A stretch of 42,156 nt of DNA from an uncultured Pseudomonadales bacterium (GCA_964607125.1 CAZSHY010000003.1:1-42156); one strand, 5' to 3'; shown: positions 18,008-26,832, counted from the first letter of the stretch. Notes: a model not told the origin generated them from the sequence alone. Made by a program: numbers and translations.

Positions 18008-18565
18008 ATGGCTAAACAAATGATCAGTGTCTCTACCAAAACGGGCGACGCTGGCAAAACCAGTCTGGCCAACGGTCAGCGACTATCCAAGGATCATCCA
18101 GTTTTTGGGGTGATTGGCGAGCTTGATGAGCTCAATTCCTGGCTGGGGTTAATTGCCGCCATGTTTGAAAACCAGTTTGAGGACCATAAGCGGTTTTTGT
18201 ATGTCATCCAAGACACCCTTTTCTACATTGGGGCGGAGTTGGCGCTCTCGCCCAAGGCCAAACTCAAGGCTGAAGCACTGACGCTGTTGGAGAAGCACTC
18301 TGACGAGTTACAGAAGATCATGACTGAGGGCTGGCACACTCGGTTCCTGCTACCTGGCGGCACTCAGTTGGGTGGATTTATTGATGTGGCCCGGACGGTG
18401 TGTCGGCGCGCGGAGCGCGCCTTGGTTGCGTATGCAGTTGAGGAAAAAGTGTCGCCGATGCTGCTCAAGTATGTCAATAGGTTGTCAGACTACTTGTACG
18501 TGCTGCGCTGTTTTGTGAATCATGCCGTGGCGTATAAGGAGCAGGAGTTTAGAGCGCAATCTTAA
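18008..18565 (+). CDS. PduO-type ATP:cob(I)alamin adenosyltransferase family protein
   Basis: TKTGDAGKTSLANGQRLSKD at the N-terminus, RTVCRRAER, and VNRLSDYLYVL. A GGAGG Shine-Dalgarno sits 3 nt upstream of the ATG. Confidence 0.88.
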   Translation: MAKQMISVSTKTGDAGKTSLANGQRLSKDHPVFGVIGELDELNSWLGLIAAMFENQFEDHKRFLYVIQDTLFYIGAELALSPKAKLKAEALTLLEKHSDELQKIMTEGWHTRFLLPGGTQLGGFIDVARTVCRRAERALVAYAVEEKVSPMLLKYVNRLSDYLYVLRCFVNHAVAYKEQEFRAQS

Positions 18566-19082
18566 AATACCTCTGTCTCCCCCATTGGCTGTCGTGGTCA
18601 TTGGATTCTATCACCCGCTCGTGGTAGTGTCGGTTGATGGAGTCGGCAAAGCCGTTCTCGATGGCTGCATCCAGAGTCAGATAAGTGTAGCGGCCGGTCA
18701 ATTTGATTTGTTCTTCCAAAAGTCCCAGTAGTCTACCCACCAAGCCCCTGCCTTGGAATTGAGGATCAATGGCGATGGATGACAAGTAGGCCGCATCTGG
18801 CAGATCCTCATCTGGTAATGCATAACCGTAGCCAATGGTGGCAGGTTTGGCGGCAGAATCTGCAACCGCCGCAGTAGAGTCCTGGAGGATGGCCAAGATG
18901 GTGTTAGTGTGGGTGCAGTCCCGCTCTAATTCAGACTCCGTGTAGCTGGCTTGCCCAAAGCACAAATGTTCTAATCGAAGAATTTCGGGACCATAAAGCC
19001 GCCAGTTTTCAGCTGAGGGCTCTAGCGTGCGGGCAAATACGGACTCCGTTAAAGATGTATCCATGTGTATATGGTACTCCAC
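18549..19082 (-). CDS. GNAT family N-acetyltransferase (RimI-like)
   Basis: IAIDPQFQGRGLVGRLLGLLEEQ (motif A). The start is either GTG 19082 or ATG 19064. The gene converges on the PduO-type gene with a 17-nt overlap. Confidence 0.78.
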   Translation of the reverse strand: MEYHIHMDTSLTESVFARTLEPSAENWRLYGPEILRLEHLCFGQASYTESELERDCTHTNTILAILQDSTAAVADSAAKPATIGYGYALPDEDLPDAAYLSSIAIDPQFQGRGLVGRLLGLLEEQIKLTGRYTYLTLDAAIENGFADSINRHYHERVIESNDHDSQWGRQRYFKIAL

Positions 19083-19097
19083 CTGGCAGTCGTGAGC

Positions 19098-19718
19098 CTA
19101 GTACTGGAACTTCCTAATCAGTCCCACTACTCTGCCCTGAATCTGGACATTGGTAGCATAAATGGGGCTCATGGTCGAGTTGGCTGGTTCCAGACGGACG
19201 CGAGTCAGCTCCTTGAAGAAGCGCTTGAGGGTGGCCAGACCGTTGTCTAAGAGCGCCACCACGATGTCACCATCTGAGACACTTTGGGTTTCTTCAATCA
19301 CCACATAGTCGCCATCTTGAATATGATCTTCGATCATGGACTCACCTTTGACCTGGAGCACGTACGAGCGACGCTTGCCACTAATCATTTCTGGTGACAC
19401 CTTGAACGTGGCGTCTTGGTCTGGGTGCGGGTCGATGGGTCGGCCTGCGGCAATGTAGCCCAAGAGCGGCAAGTCCACGCTTTCAGACATCTGGAGAAAG
19501 GTGCGGTCGATCAACTCAATGCCCCGAACGGCGCCCTCGTGTTTTTTAATAATTTTTTTGCGTTGAAGTGCTTCCAGGTGCTCATGGACGGTGGCCAGTG
19601 AGGAAACACCGAGTGACACGGCAATTTCCTTGAGTGTGGGTGAGTAGCCATTCTTTTGAATGTACTGGGCGATGAAGTCGACAATCTGTCGTTGTCGTTT
19701 GTAGAGGGTAACTGCCAT
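19098..19718 (-). CDS. lexA: LexA repressor
   Basis: N-terminal wHTH (GYSPTLKEIAVSLGVSSLATVHEHLEAL), an Ala-Gly cleavage site (IAAGRP), and the S24 peptidase Ser (GESM) and Lys (ATLKRF). An AAGGAG Shine-Dalgarno sits 4 nt upstream. Confidence 0.95.
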   Translation of the reverse strand: MAVTLYKRQRQIVDFIAQYIQKNGYSPTLKEIAVSLGVSSLATVHEHLEALQRKKIIKKHEGAVRGIELIDRTFLQMSESVDLPLLGYIAAGRPIDPHPDQDATFKVSPEMISGKRRSYVLQVKGESMIEDHIQDGDYVVIEETQSVSDGDIVVALLDNGLATLKRFFKELTRVRLEPANSTMSPIYATNVQIQGRVVGLIRKFQY

Positions 19719-19859
19719 GGGGCTCCTTTGTGTACCTATTACGGCACAGTTCGTGCTTTATTCCGTTTATCTTCGGGCAAATGCAACCCGAACTGAAGTC
19801 AGGATAACCGAAGCTACCCCAAACTGGCAACTAGATCTTAGAGATACTAAATAGATCAA

Positions 19860-21569
19860 TTAGATAAGCGAGCGTCCGGTCATGGAGTCGGGCTTGGAGA
19901 TGCCCATAATCTTGAGCATGGTGGGGGCTATGTCCGCCAAAATGCCGGTGGGAAGCATGGTCGGTTGGTTATCAAACTGCTTGCCGATGATTAGCAGAGG
20001 AACTGGGTACGCAGAATGCTCTGTGTCGACTTCGCCGGTGTCGTTATTGATCATTTCTTCAACATTGCCGTGGTCGGCGGTAATCAGAACTACACCCCCA
20101 CGCTGGTAAATGGCATTCACAATTTGCCCCACTACCCCATCCAAGATCTCGCAGGCTTTGATAGCCGCTTGGAGATTGCCTGTGTGCCCCACCATATCAC
20201 CGTTGCACAAATTGGCAATGATGACGTCGTAGGTGTCTTGCTGGATGCGTTTGATCATTTCTTCCGCAATTTCGGGCGAGCTCATTTCGGGAGCCTGGTC
20301 ATATGACTTGACCCCCTTGGAAGGGATAATGACGCGGTCCTCTCCAGGGTAGATCACGTCTACCTGGCCATTCATGTAGTAAGTCACAAACCGTTCTTTT
20401 TCTGTTTCTGTCATGCGCAGTTGACGCAGCCCATGTTCCGCCAAGACCTTGCACAATGGTCGCTTAATGTTCTGGGGCGGAAAGGCCACATCGGTGGGTA
20501 GGTTTTCCTCGTATCGGGTCATTGTGACGAAGTAAAGGTTGTGGACGACTTTTTGCCGCTTAAAGGTTGGACTGCCAGCAGTCTGCTTTTGAATATTAGT
20601 GTTTTCGTATTTTTCTGAGTATGGGTCAAATGCTACCTGGGTAATACCTTGTTCAAAATCTGGCATAACAAAGGCGCGGGTCAATTCACGAGGGCGGTCA
20701 ATCCGGTAGTTAATGAAAATGGCGGCATCATTATCATTGACCACCCGCTTGGTGCCATCTTGGTCACAAACGCTGATTGGCTCAATAAATTCATCGGTAA
20801 TACCCTGTTTGTACTGATCCTGCATAATCCCGATCGGGTCAAGCACGCAAGTTGTGGGGCTACCCAAAGTCAGGGTGTTGTAGGCTTTCTCAACTCTCTC
20901 CCAGCGTCGATCGCGGTCCATAGCGTAGTAGCGGCCCATGAGGCTGGCTAGCTTACCCACTCCCAGGCGCTGGCAGATATCCATGATTTGTTGAACATAG
21001 TTAATGCCAGAGGTGGGCGGCGAGTCTCTGCCGTCAGTGAAGCCGTGAATGTACACGTTGGGCACATTTTCTTGTTTGCAGAAGTTGAGTAAGGCATAAA
21101 GGTGCTCAATGTTAGAGTGGACACCACCTGCACCAATCAAGCCCATCAGATGTAGTGTTGAGTTGTGCTTTTTAACATGTTCGGCTGCTCGCCGAAATGC
21201 TTCATTACTGGCAAAAGCGCCATCGGCAATAGCCATGTTGATGCGGGGCAAATCTTGATAAACAATGTGACCGGCGCCAATATTCAGGTGGCCGGTTTCA
21301 GTGTTGCCATCTTCTCCGCGCGGTAGGCCCACCGCCTCGCCAGATGCCTTGATTTGGGTATGAGGAAAGGAGTACCAGAATCTATCCATGTTGGGCGTCT
21401 TGGCTCGCTTAATCGCGTTGCCTGCGTTGTCGGGGCCAATGCCCCAGCCATCTAGAACCAAGAGAGCGACTGGGTGCGGGCCGGCATATGAGCCCTGCTG
21501 GTACATCTCGTTGAAAGGCGCGCCAGAAATTATGGGTGCGGCAGAACGAACTGGTGGAGCGTCGGTCAT
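19860..21569 (-). CDS. gpmI: 2,3-bisphosphoglycerate-independent phosphoglycerate mutase
   Basis: LLVLDGWG, TADHGN, and full-length iPGM layout. There is a ~30-aa N-terminal extension. The start overlaps the eno stop (ATGA). Confidence 0.96.
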   Translation of the reverse strand: MTDAPPVRSAAPIISGAPFNEMYQQGSYAGPHPVALLVLDGWGIGPDNAGNAIKRAKTPNMDRFWYSFPHTQIKASGEAVGLPRGEDGNTETGHLNIGAGHIVYQDLPRINMAIADGAFASNEAFRRAAEHVKKHNSTLHLMGLIGAGGVHSNIEHLYALLNFCKQENVPNVYIHGFTDGRDSPPTSGINYVQQIMDICQRLGVGKLASLMGRYYAMDRDRRWERVEKAYNTLTLGSPTTCVLDPIGIMQDQYKQGITDEFIEPISVCDQDGTKRVVNDNDAAIFINYRIDRPRELTRAFVMPDFEQGITQVAFDPYSEKYENTNIQKQTAGSPTFKRQKVVHNLYFVTMTRYEENLPTDVAFPPQNIKRPLCKVLAEHGLRQLRMTETEKERFVTYYMNGQVDVIYPGEDRVIIPSKGVKSYDQAPEMSSPEIAEEMIKRIQQDTYDVIIANLCNGDMVGHTGNLQAAIKACEILDGVVGQIVNAIYQRGGVVLITADHGNVEEMINNDTGEVDTEHSAYPVPLLIIGKQFDNQPTMLPTGILADIAPTMLKIMGISKPDSMTGRSLI

Positions 21570-22828
21570 GATGTTTTCTGATTAATTTCTGAATAAATCT
21601 GGAGTAAACGGTTGTATTTGGCTACGCGCTCGCCACGATTTGGCGGTCCAAACTTGGCGTAGTCTGCACCCACGCCAACGGCAAAATCGGCGATGAAGTC
21701 ATCATTGGTTTCACCACTTCTATGTGACAACATCACCTGCCAGCCGGCTTGCCGGGCAGCCGCGATCACGTTAATAGTTTCAGTGATGGTACCAACTTGG
21801 TTGGGTTTGACCAGAATAGAGTTGCACAATTTGTCGGCAATAGCCTTTTCGGTTTTTTGCTGATTGGATACAAGTAAGTCATCGCCCACGATCTTGCTGG
21901 TATCTCCAATTTCTTGGGTCAACAACTTCCAAGATTCGGTATCGTCATCCTCGAATGGATCTTCGATGTAAAAGACGTGGTACAGGCTGCGTAGTTTTTT
22001 GTAGTACTCCACCATCTCTCTGCCAGTGTACGGTTCGGCGCGATCTTTGAGCTGGTATTTGCCTTCGCGGGCAATTTCTGAAGCCGCAACGTCGACGCCA
22101 AAGAATAGGTCTTGAGAAAAGGTGTAAGGACTGGTTTTAATGGCTTCGATGAGCAGCTCAAACACGTCGCTATTGCTATACAAATTTGGCGTGAAGCCGC
22201 CAACTAGACCGGTTGAGTGGATGGCGCCCTTGCTGACTAGAATTTCCTCAAAGTGATGAAACAGAGTCACTGCCATGTTGATGGAGGTCAAAAAGTCAAT
22301 GTGACTGGCAGGAATGATTTCAAACTCTTGGAGATCTAAGTTATCGGCGCCATGTGAGCCGCCATTGACGAAGGTATAGATGCAGCTAGGGATGAATAGG
22401 TTGGTGACCAGCTGATATTTTTGCTGAATGTAGTAGTAAAGTGGCGCGTTGACGGTTACGGCCCCCGCTTTAAGAATGGCCTGAGATACGGCGAGAATGG
22501 CATTGGCGCCCAGCTTTGATTTATTGGGCGTGCCGTCTAGAGCGATTAATTGCTCGTCCAGCTCACGTTGATGGGTGGGGTCCCGTCCGATTAGAGCGGG
22601 CGCAATTATTGTGTTGATGTTATTGACTGCGTTCAACACCCCTTTGCCAGTCATGCGAGTGGGATCATTGTCCCGTAGTTCCAGAGATTCAGATTTTCCC
22701 ACCGATGTGCCGGCAGGCACGCTGGTAGCCACAATTACTCCGGTGTCCAACCAAAGGGTGCACTCAATAGTAGGGATACCACGAGAATCTAAGATTTCTC
22801 GGGCGTATATGCCTTGAATTACTGCCAT
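21566..22828 (-). CDS. eno: Enolase
   Basis: AREILDSRGIPTIE, SHRSGETNDDFIADFAVG. 420 aa. Confidence 0.97.
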   Translation of the reverse strand: MAVIQGIYAREILDSRGIPTIECTLWLDTGVIVATSVPAGTSVGKSESLELRDNDPTRMTGKGVLNAVNNINTIIAPALIGRDPTHQRELDEQLIALDGTPNKSKLGANAILAVSQAILKAGAVTVNAPLYYYIQQKYQLVTNLFIPSCIYTFVNGGSHGADNLDLQEFEIIPASHIDFLTSINMAVTLFHHFEEILVSKGAIHSTGLVGGFTPNLYSNSDVFELLIEAIKTSPYTFSQDLFFGVDVAASEIAREGKYQLKDRAEPYTGREMVEYYKKLRSLYHVFYIEDPFEDDDTESWKLLTQEIGDTSKIVGDDLLVSNQQKTEKAIADKLCNSILVKPNQVGTITETINVIAAARQAGWQVMLSHRSGETNDDFIADFAVGVGADYAKFGPPNRGERVAKYNRLLQIYSEINQKTS

Positions 22829-22851
22829 AGTGGTTTAATGCCTCTGATGCT

Positions 22852-22870
22852 GAGCCTGTCTTGCAAAGTC
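22852..22870. repeat. Left arm of a perfect 19-bp inverted repeat (GAGCCTGTCTTGCAAAGTC)
   Basis: It is the exact reverse complement of 22999-23017. The arms are separated by 128 bp that contain the candidate eno promoter. Confidence 0.9.
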
Positions 22871-22872
22871 TC

Positions 22873-22902
22873 ATTCTACTACAAGTCAGTATAGTTTGAC
22901 AA
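22873..22902 (-). promoter_or_regulatory. Candidate eno-gpmI promoter
   Basis: On the minus strand: TTGTCA (22897-22902), an 18-nt spacer, then TAGAAT (22873-22878). The predicted TSS falls inside the left arm of the 19-bp inverted repeat. Confidence 0.5.
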
Positions 22903-22988
22903 AAAAGACATTTATTCTTCCTCGAAGTAGCTCGGGCTACTACTTCGTCAGAAATAAATGCTTTTTTGTTCAAACCTACAGCCTTTCG

Positions 22989-24851
22989 TTACGAAAGGGA
23001 CTTTGCAAGACAGGCTCTTACTACAAGTGACTCTGCATCCATAATACACGCCCTGGCTATTGCAGCAACCTTGGGTTTGACTGTAACGCCGGTTATGCCC
23101 ATCTCGATGGCCGCCTCTAGCAGTCTGGGGTGATACTGCTCTAAGTGCAAGACGACCTGTTTTTGACTGTGTGTGGACTGAATATGCAAAGGCTGGCGGA
23201 GCGTGGCAATGACTTTGCGTATTAAGCCCAATAATACCTGCAGCTCAAGCGGGTACTCCTCTGTTAAGGTGGAGTCATCTGGGTCAAAGCCCATGAGCAG
23301 TCCATGGATACTGCGCACGTTAATAGAAACCCCCGCTATATGTTCCAAGGGGTAGGCAGTCAAGTTGAGGATGTTTTCTGGTGTGTTAAGTTGCAGCCAA
23401 ACAGAAAAATGGGGGAATGAGTGCAATCCAGTCTTGGCAATTAGAAGCAAGCAAGTTTGGAGCTCGGCGGGAGTTCTGACAAATGGGATCAGAAGTTGCA
23501 GCGGGGCGCCGCTCGACTCAAGCGCGCGCTTAAGCGCGCGCAGCTCGGACAGGAAAATACTTGGGTCAAGTTTGGTTCTAAGTCCACCGCGAACGCCTAG
23601 ATATGGATTACGTTCGTCATTTTCAAAGCTTGTGGCATGTTCTAGCTTCATCATCTCTGCCGAGGTTAAGTTCAGCGCTCGATACATCAGAGGGCGCTGT
23701 TTGAGCACTTGGCGGTAGCTAGAAATTGTCTGAGCCAGTTGTTTCTCTATTCGCTCTGGTGTCCGGGATCGGAGGATGTGAAGTGGGTGCTCGCCGAATG
23801 CAGCGAAAGTATATTCACTCCTAAGGATGCCTAAACCGTCAATGCCTGCGGTCACGTGCTCAGATGCTTTGGCTGGATTGCCTGAAGACACCCAAAGTTT
23901 GGTAACTCGATGCTGCGACTGTTGAGCTGGCGCTGGCGCTTGGTGAATGGTTACCTCAAAATCCTGGCGACCGGTGACAATCACAGCTCGGCCATCAAAT
24001 TCCCAAGTTATGCGCTGGTGGTTGAGGTGGGATCTCTTGATGTGCTGGGTATAGGTAGCCAATTGCTGTGCAGCTGAATCAGGTAGGCTGGGTTGGCTTT
24101 GTTGCTTTAACGGCGTAGCAGTCTGGACCATACCAGAACCAGTTCTGGTAGTTTGTTTGGTTTGAACTCCAATGGAGCGCTGCACGCACTGGAGAGTGCG
24201 CGAGTCTACTAGAATAATATCCTTTTCCTCTCCCCCAACACCCCAGCGCGATTCAATGTAGTACTGTGTTTTGTCTCCAGTAAAGGGTTGTAATGAGTAG
24301 ATTGAGCCGGTACTAACAGCCTTAACCAACTGTTCAATTAACAGCGGGCTGGGAAACAACACCTGGTGAATTGGCCTGGTACTATCAGAAAAATGGACCG
24401 CGTGTTGAACAAGCTGGCGCCATAAGTCAAAAAAACTTTCAACCAGGTTGGCTTCGCCGTGTATGACCTGTAGTAGCTCTGGCTCAGGTACAAACAGCGA
24501 CTCAGAGGGCACAATTCTAACTGGGCTTTCGTGAAAGTAATGCAGATACAAGTGGACTAGCTCTTTGGACAACTCCTCTGGCATCTTGAGATGGCGAAAG
24601 AGTGTCTCAAGATGCTTGTTGAAACGTGTTTGCTCCACTGGGTCGGCAAATCTAGTCGCTGAAATTAACTGCGTAAGTTTAAGTTTGAGATTGTTGGCAT
24701 CTGCTATCATGCGCAGCGCACTTGGGGTAACACACACCGTTGGCGCTTGCGGCAAACCTAGCGCGCGAAAAGCTGCCAACTCCTGAGCCCGTAGTCCAAG
24801 GGGCGCAGCCACAGCGGGCGTGAGATCTTCAAGCAGGAAAAAGGCAGACAT
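22989..24851 (-). CDS. PEP-utilizing-enzyme-like protein (PPDK_N-type ATP-grasp plus PEP-binding TIM barrel, no recognisable phosphohistidine domain)
   Basis: N-terminal LGLPQAPTVCVTP and ITWEFDGRAVIVTGRQ match the PPDK_N start and end. This is followed directly by IDGLGILRSEYTF and NPYLGVRGGLR, the PEP-utilizer TIM-barrel motifs. I found no TSH-type swivel motif. Confidence 0.75.
   Translation of the reverse strand: MSAFFLLEDLTPAVAAPLGLRAQELAAFRALGLPQAPTVCVTPSALRMIADANNLKLKLTQLISATRFADPVEQTRFNKHLETLFRHLKMPEELSKELVHLYLHYFHESPVRIVPSESLFVPEPELLQVIHGEANLVESFFDLWRQLVQHAVHFSDSTRPIHQVLFPSPLLIEQLVKAVSTGSIYSLQPFTGDKTQYYIESRWGVGGEEKDIILVDSRTLQCVQRSIGVQTKQTTRTGSGMVQTATPLKQQSQPSLPDSAAQQLATYTQHIKRSHLNHQRITWEFDGRAVIVTGRQDFEVTIHQAPAPAQQSQHRVTKLWVSSGNPAKASEHVTAGIDGLGILRSEYTFAAFGEHPLHILRSRTPERIEKQLAQTISSYRQVLKQRPLMYRALNLTSAEMMKLEHATSFENDERNPYLGVRGGLRTKLDPSIFLSELRALKRALESSGAPLQLLIPFVRTPAELQTCLLLIAKTGLHSFPHFSVWLQLNTPENILNLTAYPLEHIAGVSINVRSIHGLLMGFDPDDSTLTEEYPLELQVLLGLIRKVIATLRQPLHIQSTHSQKQVVLHLEQYHPRLLEAAIEMGITGVTVKPKVAAIARACIMDAESLVVRACLAKSLS
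22999..23017. repeat. Right arm of the perfect 19-bp inverted repeat (GACTTTGCAAGACAGGCTC)
   Basis: It lies inside the last codons (RACLAKS) of the 22989..24851 CDS. The 10-nt direct repeat TACTACAAGT occurs at 22877-22886 and 23019-23028. Confidence 0.9.
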
Positions 24852-24896
24852 AGATTCTATACTAGCGTATTTTTGTCACCAAGTCAGCGCCGAAAA

Positions 24897-25979
24897 TTAA
24901 GCGTTCTTGAGCTGAGCCTTAAACCAGTCAACGATGGGAATGGGTTCTGGGTTCATGTTATAGAGCATGGCGAGATAGTAGTTGACATATGAACCAAGAA
25001 TCATGAACTCAAATGCCTGTTCCAACTTGGTGCTGCCCTGAAGTGTAACGGGCTGATACTCGATGTGGTGTTGATCAAGAACTTCCTGCGTTAAGTCCAT
25101 GCGCCGTTGGTTTTGGATTCGGTATAAATCTGAGTGCACGGTTAACATGCATAGAATCCCATCGTTGGACTTGGGGTATTGAAGCCCTTCAAGGAGGTGG
25201 TGATTTAATTCTGGAACCACTCGATATTCGGAGTAAGTTTTGGAGTTTTCATTCAGCTGATTGGCAAACACGTGGGCGATACCCTCTAGGTGCTCACTTA
25301 CAACAATCACTGGCAATTTTTCAACCAGCTGAAACGCCAACAATTTGGCGGGATTAGTGTCCTGCTTGGCATCAACTGAGTACTGCACCTGGGCAGCAGC
25401 AATAGTCTGAACCACGCGTTCAATATCCGCTTGCTGTAGTTTCAAAAGTCCAATCTTACCTAGCAGGCCAATCTGACCGAAAACCGAGTATCCGAGCGCC
25501 ATCCGTGGTGAACCACAAGGATTGTGCTTGGGGTCAAAAATCAAAGCAGGTAGGTGATGTTCTTTTAAAATGGCCGCCAACTCTCCACCAGTGGTGATGC
25601 CAGTCACCTTAGCACCCTTGGCAATCGCGTCTTTGGTAGCTGCAATGGTTTCTTCAGTCGTACCCGAGTAGCTGGAAGCAATTACCAGCGTTTTTTCATT
25701 TACATAACTCGGCACAGTGTAATCTGGTGCTATCACCACTGGCACTGGCAGTTCCTCGCGGAAGAGTGTCTGAATCACATGCGTTCCCAGAGCTGACCCA
25801 CCCATACCAGCCACTACGATGCTAGTCACTTCTCGATAGCTGGGGTCAAACTCGATGGATTGAACCTGGTCCCAAACGTGCTGCACCTGCAAGCCAAACT
25901 GTTCAATCGATCCGAGGGTGTTACTCACATCAAGTTTGGCAATGTCTTCACGAGAGTCCAGGAAATTAATAGGTCGCAT
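24897..25979 (-). CDS. Bifunctional phosphoglucose/phosphomannose isomerase (SIS-domain PGI/PMI)
   Basis: VVAGMGGSALG and IASSYSGTTEET in the SIS domain. The ~360-aa size and C-terminal half are typical of the archaeal/bacterial PGI/PMI family. Confidence 0.88.
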   Translation of the reverse strand: MRPINFLDSREDIAKLDVSNTLGSIEQFGLQVQHVWDQVQSIEFDPSYREVTSIVVAGMGGSALGTHVIQTLFREELPVPVVIAPDYTVPSYVNEKTLVIASSYSGTTEETIAATKDAIAKGAKVTGITTGGELAAILKEHHLPALIFDPKHNPCGSPRMALGYSVFGQIGLLGKIGLLKLQQADIERVVQTIAAAQVQYSVDAKQDTNPAKLLAFQLVEKLPVIVVSEHLEGIAHVFANQLNENSKTYSEYRVVPELNHHLLEGLQYPKSNDGILCMLTVHSDLYRIQNQRRMDLTQEVLDQHHIEYQPVTLQGSTKLEQAFEFMILGSYVNYYLAMLYNMNPEPIPIVDWFKAQLKNA

Positions 25980-25995
25980 ACTGCTTCTTTCTGTT

Positions 25996-26832
25996 CTACG
26001 TACTTTCCGGCGTGCCGGGATGATCTCCGCGCTGGAGCAATTCTACTAGAAGTGGGTGGATCTGTGGATTGGCAATAATCAGTTGTTTGCAGTTGCCAAT
26101 GCTGAGCGGTCGGTTGTCCAAACTCGTGCAGATGGCGCCGGCTTCGCGAGCAATCAGTAGTCCTGGTGCCATGTCGTGCCATTTGGGCGGGTTGCTAATA
26201 TTGATGTATCCGTCTGTTCCCCCTTGGGCTACCCAACACATGGACGTATTCTCGTCTGCTAGGCTGCGCAGGCGGTAGACTTGACGAGCTACTTGCGGAA
26301 GCTGGGACCAAGCTTGTGCGGCTTCTTGCTCGTCTCGCCTAAATGAAGGCAAGTAACAGTAAATGAAGGCATCGGCCAGTTGTGACGTATCCGATACATG
26401 TAGTTCAAGTGCGTTGCGCCAAGCCCCAAGTCCCAGGGCGGCGCTAAAAAGTGTCTGCTCAGTTGGTCTGTATACAGCTGCCACCGCCAGCTCGCCTTCA
26501 ACTTCCACGGCCAGAGAGCTATTGAAGAGGGGTATACCACGGATAAACTCCTTGGTGCCATCCAGCGGGTCAATCACCCATCTGACCGCTGCATCAGGAT
26601 TGATAGTACCGACTTCTTCAGACAAAATGCCATGGTCTGGGTAGCGGGCAGAGATAGCGTCAATGGTGAGTCGCTCTGAGGCTAAATCTGCGGTCGTGCA
26701 CACGTCCTGACGGTCTTTAAATTTAACAACTTGAGCCTGAGCTTGCTCTTGCAAAAGCAACTTGCCAGAATTAACTACCAGCGTGCGAGCAAATGAAAGT
26801 AACTCTTGGAGATACTGGGTATTTGCTATCAT
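25996..26832 (-). CDS. Inositol monophosphatase / FBPase family protein (paralog 2)
   Basis: WVIDPLDGTKEF metal-binding motif and SEE in ILSEEVG. The start overlaps the paralog-1 stop (ATGA). Confidence 0.88.
   Translation of the reverse strand: MIANTQYLQELLSFARTLVVNSGKLLLQEQAQAQVVKFKDRQDVCTTADLASERLTIDAISARYPDHGILSEEVGTINPDAAVRWVIDPLDGTKEFIRGIPLFNSSLAVEVEGELAVAAVYRPTEQTLFSAALGLGAWRNALELHVSDTSQLADAFIYCYLPSFRRDEQEAAQAWSQLPQVARQVYRLRSLADENTSMCWVAQGGTDGYINISNPPKWHDMAPGLLIAREAGAICTSLDNRPLSIGNCKQLIIANPQIHPLLVELLQRGDHPGTPEST

Noticed and set aside
24852-24896. Leaderless promoter for the PEP-utilizer-like gene (TATAGAAT 2-4 nt from the ATG)
   Set aside because: The -10-like box is too close to the ATG for a normal TSS, and no acceptable -35 is present. 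The gene may be co-transcribed with the upstream PGI/PMI operon.
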